Assembly: GCA_044225505.1 (NCBI GenBank)
Contig: JBGAIN010000060.1
Span: forward strand, 1-42,045
Direction: 5' to 3'
Length of the DNA stretch: 42,045 nucleotides
From: Limisphaerales bacterium
GTDB lineage: Bacteria > Verrucomicrobiota > Verrucomicrobiia > Limisphaerales > SIBE01
In this document: piece by piece, positions 1 through 9,278 of the stretch
Position numbering within the stretch: position 1 is the first letter of the stretch
Layout of the letters: each line of letters starts with the position of its first letter
Translations under genes and position numbers: made by a program
The notes under the pieces: generated by a model
Told to the model about the DNA's origin: nothing
What the model saw: the letters and a program-made list of their open reading frames with translations, nothing else
Databases searched by the model: none

Positions 1-291
1 TAAACTCTAACCAGCTTAGCTCCCGGTTGAGGAATTGCTGCGGGCCGATCGATTTCATCGTGGTTTATTATCTCGCTGCTGGGACCCAGTATCCACGCTC
101 CTTGCGCAATTGGAAAGGGCCTTTCCTCCTCAGAAAAGGCGAAGGGACTCCCTGACGGAAGCAGGCGGGGCGGGGCGCGCTCATCGTTGGGCCGCGGCTT
201 TCGTCAAGATCGGGCGCTTGAAGCTTGACGACGGCTCGATAGGAAAGCTACAACCCGGAAATCTGTTAGCACATTCAACCCGTTGATTCGT

Positions 292-2046
292 ATGAATAAT
301 CCTTCCTTTACTCGTGGCGCAAAACTGGCAGCTACCGTGGCTTTGCTGGGACAGCTCGTCGCAAGTGTCGTCCATGGACAAACCGTCAAGACCTGGACGG
401 GCGACGATGGAGACTTCTTTGACGCAAGCCATTGGGATACAGGTTCGGTTCCGGGCGTGACCGATATTGCAGTGATTTCCAATGGGAGCACGGCGACCAT
501 TGGAGCTACCGCAGGCGAAAAGGAACTGGGCGCTATCCGGTTGGGACCGACCGAGGGAAGCACGGAATCTGGTCATGTGATCATGAATGGCGGCACGCTC
601 AGGATTGGAGGTACACCGTCCGATCCGAAAGGAGTAATCGGATTTAGTGCTAAGCTTTCGACCTTCATTATGAACGGTGGGACTATCCTTTTCGACGGTC
701 CGGATACGCCGGACTTGGCGGGCTCCACCTCAGGCAAAGGGGTCAATGAACTCGATTGGGAAGTTGGCGAGAAGGGGTTGGGTCGTTTTGAGATGCATAA
801 TGATGCTGTCTTCCGGGCCTCGGACGATCTCAAGATCGCAGAGAACCCGGCTGGACAAGGCACTTGCTTGATCGACGGACAGGCGCGGTTATCGGTCGGC
901 AGTGGCATTAGTATTTCGGGAAATGGTGGCATTGAGCAGAGCCTCGTCGTGGCTGGAGATGCCTTGGTTGAGTCCGGGAATAGCATGGGAGCCGGAAATC
1001 CGCAGGGGTTCACGGATGAAGGGTACCTTACTCTCGCCTTTGGCAATAGCCAAAGCAAACTGACGATTCAGGACAATGCCGTCATGAACATTCGCCGCCT
1101 GACAGCGCGTGAAGGAAAAAGCACGCTCATCGTTAAAGACCACGGTCAGTTTCACATCTTCGACGTTCTCAACGGCAAGGGGGGAAGCGCCGCGGACCGG
1201 CCCGCTGAAACCGGCCCGAACAGCACTTTTGCATCCGTCCCGGCGGCAGATACGAATAGCGTTTCGACGCTGACGCTGCAGGACGATGCGCAAATGACCG
1301 TGAATTCCGATCCTTCCAGCGGACCCACGAAAGGCTTGGCGATTAGCGGACAGCGAGATTCGGGCAATGCCGGCGGACGAGCTGTTTTCAGTATTCGGGA
1401 CCGTGCTTCGTTCCGGGTCGAGCAGGACCTGATGATAGGGACCGGCGCTAGTTCCGACGCGTCTGACGGCACACTGGAAGTTGTCGGACCGAGCGCGCAA
1501 ATCAATATCGGAGGCAATCTCGACTTAGCTGTTGATTTGGACGGCAATGTCGCGGCGACTGACGCCGATGGCAACCCGAAGCCGGGCAAAGCCACCGTCG
1601 CTTCTGTCCTGACGGCCTCGACCCATTCTACAATCAACGTCACGGGGATGGCGCGTATTACCAACGGTGTTTTGAAAGTGAAGCTGCAGGGATTCGCTCC
1701 TTCTGGCGGGGAATCCTATACATTGATCAAAGCGGCCAATGTCGATGGGAAATTTGGTCAGACCGACTTTTCGGAGGCTTCGTTGGCGGCAGGTCTATCG
1801 TGGGCCGTGGAATATGCAGCCGACACCGTGCGGCTCAAAGTAAACGGACAATCGCAAAAGTCTGAATTCACCGTTTCGGCGCTAGCTCTACAGGCGAACA
1901 AGCTCCACTTGGTTTGGACGGGGGCTGGCACGTTGGTTAGCTCTGCCTCCGTCAAAGGGCCTTACACACCGGTGGCTGGCGTCACTGGCACCTCAGCAGA
2001 TGTTGCGCTCGACGGGACACAGCGGTTTTTCCAATTACAGCAATGA
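292..2046 (+). CDS. Secreted Gly-rich beta-helix/autotransporter-passenger-like protein with C-terminal sorting-like domain
   Basis: ORF 283..2046, ATG at 292 preferred. Signal peptide ending VHG-Q. N-terminal TWTGDDGDFFDASHWDTGSVPGVTDIAVI matches the W-x-G...W...VP...D-x-A-x-I cap of such proteins. Repeated Gly-rich beta strands (e.g. LTIQDNA, LTLQDDA). Tail ...GPYTPV...QRFFQLQQ. Confidence 0.7.
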   Translation: MNNPSFTRGAKLAATVALLGQLVASVVHGQTVKTWTGDDGDFFDASHWDTGSVPGVTDIAVISNGSTATIGATAGEKELGAIRLGPTEGSTESGHVIMNGGTLRIGGTPSDPKGVIGFSAKLSTFIMNGGTILFDGPDTPDLAGSTSGKGVNELDWEVGEKGLGRFEMHNDAVFRASDDLKIAENPAGQGTCLIDGQARLSVGSGISISGNGGIEQSLVVAGDALVESGNSMGAGNPQGFTDEGYLTLAFGNSQSKLTIQDNAVMNIRRLTAREGKSTLIVKDHGQFHIFDVLNGKGGSAADRPAETGPNSTFASVPAADTNSVSTLTLQDDAQMTVNSDPSSGPTKGLAISGQRDSGNAGGRAVFSIRDRASFRVEQDLMIGTGASSDASDGTLEVVGPSAQINIGGNLDLAVDLDGNVAATDADGNPKPGKATVASVLTASTHSTINVTGMARITNGVLKVKLQGFAPSGGESYTLIKAANVDGKFGQTDFSEASLAAGLSWAVEYAADTVRLKVNGQSQKSEFTVSALALQANKLHLVWTGAGTLVSSASVKGPYTPVAGVTGTSADVALDGTQRFFQLQQ

Positions 2047-2213
2047 ACAGTGTTCCTGTCTGTTGACCGGCCGATGGAATCAGTCATCGCCCTGCGGGCG
2101 AATTTGGACATTATTCGAACGCCAAGTTAGCGCGGCGGCAAAAGGGGGCCATCGTTGGCCTATTTGCCGCCTGCGGTCAATAATCGTTGGCTGGCACTTC
2201 TTTGCGGTGAGGC

Positions 2214-3596
2214 TTAACTCAGCACCCAGCCGGATCGATAGGGACGGTGCAGGAGTTGAGCTGCGGCATCTGAGTTCAGAATGCGTCCGGACACGGTGTC
2301 ATAATCAATCGGACCGGGAACTAACGATGCCAGGTTGGCCAGTTGCATCAGTTCGGTTAGCGGCCCGCCCATCTGGAAACTCGAAAAAGTTTGGCCGACG
2401 CCTTTACAGGCTTCCACCCACTCTTTGTGATGTCCCGATGTTCGCGGCAAGCTTTCCGGCGGGCCCCCTTGATAATTGTCGAACTTGGATTCAGGTAACA
2501 AAACATAGCGGGTATTCCATGGATCATCCGAGTAGATCGATCCCTTCGAACCGATGAGCAGATCACCCCAGCCACCGCGGGGGTATTCTAAGAGCAGTGC
2601 TTCCGATGGTTTTTCTTTCGCCCAGACGGTGAGCTTCACTGGTGGCAAATCCCCACGTGCGGGCAGATCATAGACGGCCCTCATCGACGACGGGTACCCT
2701 TCGGCGTCGACTTCCGACGGATGCGCTTCGACGCGGAGGATGATTTTGTCGGGTTTGGTTTCCGCCGGCCAATTCCAGAGCTGCTCCAAATGGAGGGCTC
2801 GGAACATGAGGTTACCGGTGTGACAACCGAAGTCGCCGACAATTCCGCTGCCAAACGCCCGCCAGCTTCGCCATGTCGCGGGCAAATACGAGGGGTGGTA
2901 AGGCCGCTCTTCTACCGGGCCGAGCCACAAGTTCCAATCCAGGCTACGCGGGATAGCTGGAGTCTCGAGCGGACGCTTCATTGGACCATTGCCGCCGTCG
3001 AACCACACATGCGCTTCTCGGACCTCGCCGATCACGTTTCCCCAAACCAACTCGACACCGCGGCGCAGGCGCTTTTCGGCCGAGCCTTGATTTCCCATCT
3101 GTGTAACCACTCCGTATTTCACGGCCGCCTGACGCAGAACCCGCGCTTCGTAGACCGTTCGTGTCAGCGGTTTTTCACAATAAACATGTTTCTGGCGCTG
3201 CATCGCGGCGACCGCGGCGACGGCGTGGGTGTGATCCGGGGTAGCGACGACAACGGCGTCAATCTCCCCGGCGATTTGATCGAGCATTACGCGGAAATCT
3301 TTGAACGGTTTGGCGCGGCTATACTTCTTAAAGGTGTCGGCAGAGCGCGCTTGATCCACGTCGCACAATGCAACGATCTCGCTGCCGGCTGTGGCAATAT
3401 TGTCGAGATCCCCCCGGCCTTGCCCGCCCACCCCCATTACGGCAACCTTAAGTTTACTGTTTGCTGCATAAGTAAATGCGGATCGGCTGTTCTGCAAAAT
3501 GAGGAACCCAGCAAACCCCAAGCACGAACCACGGAGGAAATCACGGCGGGAATGGAGATGCGGAGTCGTGGGACGATTGGACTTAAGTGCACGCAT
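2214..3596 (-). CDS. Tat-exported Gfo/Idh/MocA family NAD-dependent oxidoreductase
   Basis: SRRDFL twin-arginine signal; GVGGQG Rossmann motif; ATPDHTH; YCEKP; QMGNQG; LDWNLWLGP; GDFGCH. Confidence 0.93.
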   Translation of the reverse strand: MRALKSNRPTTPHLHSRRDFLRGSCLGFAGFLILQNSRSAFTYAANSKLKVAVMGVGGQGRGDLDNIATAGSEIVALCDVDQARSADTFKKYSRAKPFKDFRVMLDQIAGEIDAVVVATPDHTHAVAAVAAMQRQKHVYCEKPLTRTVYEARVLRQAAVKYGVVTQMGNQGSAEKRLRRGVELVWGNVIGEVREAHVWFDGGNGPMKRPLETPAIPRSLDWNLWLGPVEERPYHPSYLPATWRSWRAFGSGIVGDFGCHTGNLMFRALHLEQLWNWPAETKPDKIILRVEAHPSEVDAEGYPSSMRAVYDLPARGDLPPVKLTVWAKEKPSEALLLEYPRGGWGDLLIGSKGSIYSDDPWNTRYVLLPESKFDNYQGGPPESLPRTSGHHKEWVEACKGVGQTFSSFQMGGPLTELMQLANLASLVPGPIDYDTVSGRILNSDAAAQLLHRPYRSGWVLS

Positions 3597-3799
3597 GGTA
3601 GTGTTGGGGCGAATCTAGCGCTGTCGCGCGGCATGCGTCCAGCGGGATGTTCTGTGGGTGGGCTCGCTCTAGGCCTCAGCAGGAATGAAATATTGGCCGC
3701 TGGACGTTCTTAAGAAACTTGTCTTTTTCTCCGGGAGGCCAGCGACTGTGCAATCGTTCACGACAAGGGGCCGACCTAATTGGACCCGTGAGAATCAAG

Positions 3800-4339
3800 T
3801 TATCGTCTGTGCGCGCGGTTGAGGTGTTGAACGAGTGCCAGTCCGAATGCGGCCAGGTCTCGGGGGGTACGGCTGGAAACTAGATTTTCATCAATGACGA
3901 CTGGCTCGTCCACCCAGATCGCCCCTGCATTGGTCAGATCGTCTTTGATGCCCCGGGAGCCAGTGACGCGTTTGCCTCTTAGAATCCCTGCGGAAATAGG
4001 GATCCAGCCGCCATGACAAATAAAGCCGATCAACTTTCCTTGCGCACAGAATTCGCGCGTAAGAGTCAGGACATGACTGTCCCGGCGTAGTTTGTCCGGC
4101 ATAAACCCGCCTGGAATGAGCAGGCCGCCATAGTCCTCACTGCGAACTTTAGACAATAGCAGATCGGCCAAGGCTGGATAGCCATGTTTCCCCGCATAGC
4201 TTCTTATCTCGGGCGCGGCCGTCTGCGTGGAGTAACCTGCCTCTTCCAAGCGCAGCTTTGGATACCAAAGTTCCAGGTCTTCATAAATGTCTTCCAAGAA
4301 CGCTAAAATCGGCTTGGCTTTTCCTCCAGGAGTTTGCAT
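3800..4339 (-). CDS. DJ-1/PfpI family protein (type 1 glutamine amidotransferase-like deglycase/protease)
   Basis: YEDLELWYP, IPGGFMPDKLR, nucleophile elbow ICHG, WVDEPVVID, SSRTPRDL. ATG at 4339 chosen over upstream 4378. Confidence 0.92.
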   Translation of the reverse strand: MQTPGGKAKPILAFLEDIYEDLELWYPKLRLEEAGYSTQTAAPEIRSYAGKHGYPALADLLLSKVRSEDYGGLLIPGGFMPDKLRRDSHVLTLTREFCAQGKLIGFICHGGWIPISAGILRGKRVTGSRGIKDDLTNAGAIWVDEPVVIDENLVSSRTPRDLAAFGLALVQHLNRAHRR

Positions 4340-4788
4340 GCGCCATTTATTTCCGCATTCGCTTGTCGAGACAAGCACGGAGCGCCGCGAATGGGACGCT
4401 CTTGCGTTGGATTCCAGGATCGACTGGCTTGCAGTCGTGCTCTCGTGATGCAGACAGCTCCAGCGACGTAAGCTAGGAACTTAGTTCATCGATCTCGCGT
4501 TTTGTTGGGATGAGCTGCAACCATCGCTGCCGTGCGACATCAGCGTCTTCCCCGATAGACCTTGCGCTGGTTTCTGCTATTGGTTCCAATCAGCCCGACT
4601 TGGCTCGGTATACTTTGGAACACCCGACGGTCTGGGTTGCCCTTGGTGCATTTCTGAACGACTCCAACCCGTCGCAGCGGTTTGTGGAAAGTCGCAGACG
4701 ATTTATGTCAGACTCGGATCCGGGGCAGTCATGGAAATCGCTTTGGCAAGTAACATGAACGACGAGCCCTCGGAAAGGTGGTCTTAGT

Positions 4789-6003
4789 GTGAATCCGCCA
4801 CCTTCCTCGCGCCTCTTTCTGTTGGTCATTGCGTATTTGGGATTCATCAGTCTAGGCCTGCCAGACACGCTGATTGGGGTGGCCTGGCCATCCGTACGAG
4901 ACGGGTTTGGTCGACACCAAGCGGATATTGCCGCCGTGTTTTTTGGGGCTGCCGCTAGTTACTTTCTTTCGAGTTTTTTCACCGGGCAATGGCTGCGACT
5001 GTTGAGAATTGGGTCGTTGTTGGCTGTAAGCAGCGGAATCGTGGCCTTGAGTGTTCTCGGCTACGCTTCGGCGGCCACCTGGTTTCTTTTTGCGCCCTGT
5101 TCGATTTTACACGGCTTGGGGTCAGGTGCGATCGACGCTGGGCTAAACCACTACGTGGCCAATCACTTTTCCGCTCGTCAGATGAATTGGCTTCACGCGT
5201 GTTACAGCATTGGGGCAACGCTAGGTCCGCTCATCATGACTTGGGCAATTGCGGGATCTGGCTCGTGGCGGAGCGGTTACTTCACCGTCTCCTGTATCTT
5301 GATCCTTCTAGCCGTGCTGTTCGCTATGACTCGGCATCATTGGGATGACGGGCCGGAGCCCGTAGGCCAAACGACCTCTGGGACCAGCGAGAGTGGAATG
5401 GGAAACGCAATCAGAAACTCCACTGTGTGGCTGCAGATTGCGTTGTTTTTCGTTTATACCGGGACCGAGGCGACCTTCGGCCAGTGGAGCTTCACCGTTC
5501 TTACCGAGTCAAGGCGTGTGAACCCTGCGACGGCCGGAGCGTGGGTGACGCTTTATTGGGCTAGTATCGGCGTCGGGCGGATTGTTTTCGGCTTTATCGC
5601 TGATCGGGTTGGAATCGATCTTCTTCTGCGCTGGGCGACGGGTGCGGCGCTTGTCGGCGCGGCACTTTTTGCCTGGAACGGCCCCGGGGCTTGGAATCCG
5701 TTGGCATTGACTCTTATCGGGTTAGGACTCGCGCCAATTTATCCATGTTTGATGACGCGGACCCCACAACGGATTGGAGTAGCCATGGCAGCCCACGCCA
5801 TTGGGTTTCAGGTCGGGGCCGCCACGGTGGGTGCCGCAGTTTTGCCGAGTTTATCCGGATTCCTAGCCCAAAATCTGACTCCACAGAGTGTCGCCGTCGC
5901 GGGAGTTCTCATGGTTTTAATCGTTACGTTCCTCCATGAAATGCTGCTGAGAACGAGTTCTCCGGACAATGTCTTGGCCGGGCCGGGAGGTGGCAAGGAT
6001 TGA
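4789..6003 (+). CDS. MFS transporter
   Basis: About 12 hydrophobic segments; FISLGLPD, GLGSGAIDAGLN, GRIVFGFIADRVG motifs. Confidence 0.9.
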   Translation: MNPPPSSRLFLLVIAYLGFISLGLPDTLIGVAWPSVRDGFGRHQADIAAVFFGAAASYFLSSFFTGQWLRLLRIGSLLAVSSGIVALSVLGYASAATWFLFAPCSILHGLGSGAIDAGLNHYVANHFSARQMNWLHACYSIGATLGPLIMTWAIAGSGSWRSGYFTVSCILILLAVLFAMTRHHWDDGPEPVGQTTSGTSESGMGNAIRNSTVWLQIALFFVYTGTEATFGQWSFTVLTESRRVNPATAGAWVTLYWASIGVGRIVFGFIADRVGIDLLLRWATGAALVGAALFAWNGPGAWNPLALTLIGLGLAPIYPCLMTRTPQRIGVAMAAHAIGFQVGAATVGAAVLPSLSGFLAQNLTPQSVAVAGVLMVLIVTFLHEMLLRTSSPDNVLAGPGGGKD

Positions 6004-6108
6004 CGGGCAGGTGGGGCGTTTGCGCCCCGAGTGTTAATGCCGCGCGCTTTCGCAGGGCGCATTCAGATCGAGCGAATGCTCAACTTTCGTTGCGCAAACC
6101 GCCGACGT

Positions 6109-7533
6109 TCACTGCAAGGCAATCTGACTTCGCTCGAGTTCGTCCAGCTTCTTAGTCGTTAGTTGACCTAGTCCAAACTGGAAAAAGGCCATCATCCCGA
6201 GAAAAGAACTTGACGCTGACCCTAATGCCATCATGGATCGGGCCAAGAGAGCCGGGGCGGCTAAGCCGACGAGGAAAGTTAGTGCCCACGCCGTGAGGAA
6301 CCGTTCCCCTCGCAATGCGAATAAGATTCCGAGTTTTGGCAGCACCCACAAGCTCGTGAGGAACAGGAAGGATTGGGGGAAGACGAGTGAAATGCTCGTC
6401 ATGAAACTCCCTGTGTCACCCACCAAGGCGATCAACAGGAGCATCGGGACCAGCGTGAACCCGATCGCTGGCAGGAATTGCTTGCGCACCGACTGTAAAC
6501 GCCCCTGAACGATTTCATCGGCGCGCAGCGGCGCGACCAAGAGAAGTTCCAGCATGCCATTCTGCCGCTCGCGACGAAAGCTAGCGGCGCCGGCAAAAGC
6601 CATCGCAAGCAGGATGGCCACTTGAAAAGCCACATAGGGCGTCCAAGCCCGTCCAAAGCTGATTTGGACACCGCTCAGGAAAACGGCCCCGAGACACCAA
6701 ACCCATTTAGAAATACGGGCCGTTGCGGTTCGTTCATGCAGCCACCCGACCGGATTGTGATTGAGGCTCCGCCGCATCAACGAATGGAAATAGCGTGTCC
6801 AAAGGATCGGAGAACAGAATGTGCGTTGGCACCACAAAACCCAGGGCGACGGCGGAGATTCTTGCCAGGTGCTTCGGATGCGGCGCGCAGCAAGGAAAAG
6901 TGCACAGAACATCAGGAGAGTAGCCAGCGTCATGAGCAATCCCGCCGCTCGCAGAGATTGGGTCGGACCGACGATGCTGGTCGCGGCATAGTACACCCAC
7001 GCAAAAACGGACACTAAAACACCGGTCAGCAGAACCGATCGCATCCAGTCCCGCGTCCATGCTGAGGCTAATAAACCTGCTGCCAGTGTTAGCGCCAGGG
7101 CGCCAATCTGGTGGAACAGTAGAAGGACGATGGCTTGCCCTGAAACGCCACCGAGAAGAATACTCAACGACAGCACAGGCAGGGCAGCGAGTGAAACACT
7201 CGCAGCGCGGATAGCGTGTACGAGACTCTTGCCAACGACAATACCCGTTGGCGTGAGCGGGGTAAGGAAGAGCAGTCCTAGCGTCCCCTCCCTCTTTTCT
7301 CGGCTGAGACAATCCGAAGTCAGGAGTGGGGTGACAAGCCAAATGAGAGCCATCATAATTAGGCTTGTTTGTTGGAACAGGTCGGTTCCAGTCATGCCCA
7401 CGCCCCCAGTCGACCATGCTTGCAGGATGAAACCGACCAGCACCAAAGCTCCAGCGGTAACTCGAGCCCAGAAGTTCCACGAGCGCCTAGCCTCAGCTCG
7501 CAACTCACGAGCGATTACCGGCAGCAAAGTCAT
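6109..7533 (-). CDS. ABC-2-type permease-like membrane protein with internal duplication
   Basis: Starts LPVIARELR; two copies of the ABC-2 loop (REKREGTLGLLFLTPL and RERQNGMLELLLVAPL); multiple TM helices. Confidence 0.78.
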   Translation of the reverse strand: MTLLPVIARELRAEARRSWNFWARVTAGALVLVGFILQAWSTGGVGMTGTDLFQQTSLIMMALIWLVTPLLTSDCLSREKREGTLGLLFLTPLTPTGIVVGKSLVHAIRAASVSLAALPVLSLSILLGGVSGQAIVLLLFHQIGALALTLAAGLLASAWTRDWMRSVLLTGVLVSVFAWVYYAATSIVGPTQSLRAAGLLMTLATLLMFCALFLAARRIRSTWQESPPSPWVLWCQRTFCSPILWTRYFHSLMRRSLNHNPVGWLHERTATARISKWVWCLGAVFLSGVQISFGRAWTPYVAFQVAILLAMAFAGAASFRRERQNGMLELLLVAPLRADEIVQGRLQSVRKQFLPAIGFTLVPMLLLIALVGDTGSFMTSISLVFPQSFLFLTSLWVLPKLGILFALRGERFLTAWALTFLVGLAAPALLARSMMALGSASSSFLGMMAFFQFGLGQLTTKKLDELERSQIALQ

Positions 7534-7775
7534 AGATCCATACTAATATCGTTTGTTTGGAATGGCGAACCAGATCCAGTGCAGCGGCTGTGATCTCCCG
7601 TCTAGAATGGCTCTTTTCATATCCCATGTCCGGTGCTATCGCGCACGGAAATTTCGAGCTGGACGAAACGCAGCGTCCGCGGTGAAGATAGGCATACTGC
7701 TTGGGTCCGAGCCATCCCACCTCGGCGCACTGCTGCTCAGCGAATGTTTTTCGGATCCAAAAGCATCCGAATCAC

Positions 7776-9278
7776 ATGATTACGGAAATAAACGATCGAG
7801 GCCCGATCTCGGCTGGACCGACTTGCCGCTTTGACGCGGCCTACGTTTGGCTCGTCGCGAGCGTGGCGGCGATGGGAGGGTTGTTATTCGGCTGGGATTG
7901 GGTGGTGATAGGGGGCGCTAAACCGTTTTTTGAACCATATTTCCATTTGTCAGCGGTGGCCAAGACTTGGGCCGCCTATGGAGTGGCCCGGGCTTTCGGG
8001 CTCACCACGGAAGCAGCGTTGAGCGGTTGGGCTAACAGTTGTGCACTCCTGGGTTGTCTCTTGGGGTCCTTGCTTTCAGGCGCCCTGAGCGATCGGTTTG
8101 GCCGCAAGAAGCTTCTGCTTTTCTCGGGATTCTTGTTTGCGATTTCCTCCCTGCTGACCGGTTGGGCCGCGAGTTTCGAATCGTTCATTGCCTGGCGCAT
8201 AGTGGGAGGAGTCGCGATCGGGATTGCCTCGAATCTGTCGCCGCTTTATATCGCCGAGATTGCACCGGCGCCGCTTCGCGGGAGGCTAGTCACCTTGAAT
8301 CAATTGACCATCGTCTGCGGCGTGCTCTTGGCTCAGTTGGCCAACCTTGCAGTTGCTCAACGGATGCCAGAAGGAGCTACTTCCGAGACGATCGCGCAGT
8401 CATGGAACGGACAGATCGGTTGGCGTTGGATGTTCACTTTGGTTGCAGTCCCGTCGGTGTTGTTCTTCGTGGCGGCGTTTTTTGTTCCGGAGAGTCCCCG
8501 CTGGTTGACTAAGAATGGGCAGATCGAAGGCGCGACCCGGGTCCTGGCTCGAATTGGCGGTGTCGAATATGCCGCAGATCAAGTCCGCGATATTCAAGCG
8601 AGTTTGGTCGACGAGGTAAAGGGCCACTCGCGATGGAGCGAGTTACTGTCGCCGCAGATGTTGAAGATTTTGATCATCGGATCGGGGTTGGCCGTATTGC
8701 AGCAATGGAGCGGGATCAACGTCCTGTTCAACTATGCCGAAAACATCTTTCGACAGGCTGGATTTGGCGTGAATACCATCTTGCTCTTTATTGTAATCAC
8801 GGGCGTCGTGAATTTGATGTTCACCTTTGTCGCTTTGGCGACAGTAGACCGGTGGGGGCGGAGGACGTTGATGTTGTGGGGGTGTGCGGGAATCACGGTG
8901 TCGCATCTCCTGATTGGATTGGCATGCCGCTTACAGCTCAAAGGGGTTGGCCTATTGATCTTCGCCTTGATGGCCATCGGGTGCTACGCCATGTCCTTGG
9001 CTCCCGTCACTTGGGTAATTATTGCAGAGATCTTTCCCAACCGAGTGCGTGGTGCTGCCGTCTCTGTGGCTGTCTCAATGCTTTGGATGGCGTGCTTTGT
9101 GTTGACCTACACCTTCCCTCTCTTGGAGCGAGCGATTGGCACCGCCAACACTTTTTGGATTTACGCCTCGGTTTGTTTGCTTGGGTTCGGTTTCGTCCAC
9201 AGGTGGGTTCCTGAGACCAAAGGCCAGACCCTCGAATCGATCGAGCAGCGTATGCTAGGCATCGACTCAGTGCTATGA
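7776..9278 (+). CDS. Sugar porter family MFS transporter (XylE/GalP/AraE-like)
   Basis: GGLLFGWD, DRFGRK, YIAEIAP..RG, PESPRWL, QQWSGIN, DRWGRR, PETKG signature motifs. ATG 7776 preferred over 7701. Confidence 0.95.
   Translation: MITEINDRGPISAGPTCRFDAAYVWLVASVAAMGGLLFGWDWVVIGGAKPFFEPYFHLSAVAKTWAAYGVARAFGLTTEAALSGWANSCALLGCLLGSLLSGALSDRFGRKKLLLFSGFLFAISSLLTGWAASFESFIAWRIVGGVAIGIASNLSPLYIAEIAPAPLRGRLVTLNQLTIVCGVLLAQLANLAVAQRMPEGATSETIAQSWNGQIGWRWMFTLVAVPSVLFFVAAFFVPESPRWLTKNGQIEGATRVLARIGGVEYAADQVRDIQASLVDEVKGHSRWSELLSPQMLKILIIGSGLAVLQQWSGINVLFNYAENIFRQAGFGVNTILLFIVITGVVNLMFTFVALATVDRWGRRTLMLWGCAGITVSHLLIGLACRLQLKGVGLLIFALMAIGCYAMSLAPVTWVIIAEIFPNRVRGAAVSVAVSMLWMACFVLTYTFPLLERAIGTANTFWIYASVCLLGFGFVHRWVPETKGQTLESIEQRMLGIDSVL

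Noticed and set aside
2721..3713. 330-aa plus-strand ORF
   Set aside because: Antisense shadow of the Gfo/Idh/MocA gene with no recognisable motifs.
4379..4788. Short ORFs (4510..4758, 4590..4868) in the divergent intergenic region
   Set aside because: No motifs or coding signal I can support.
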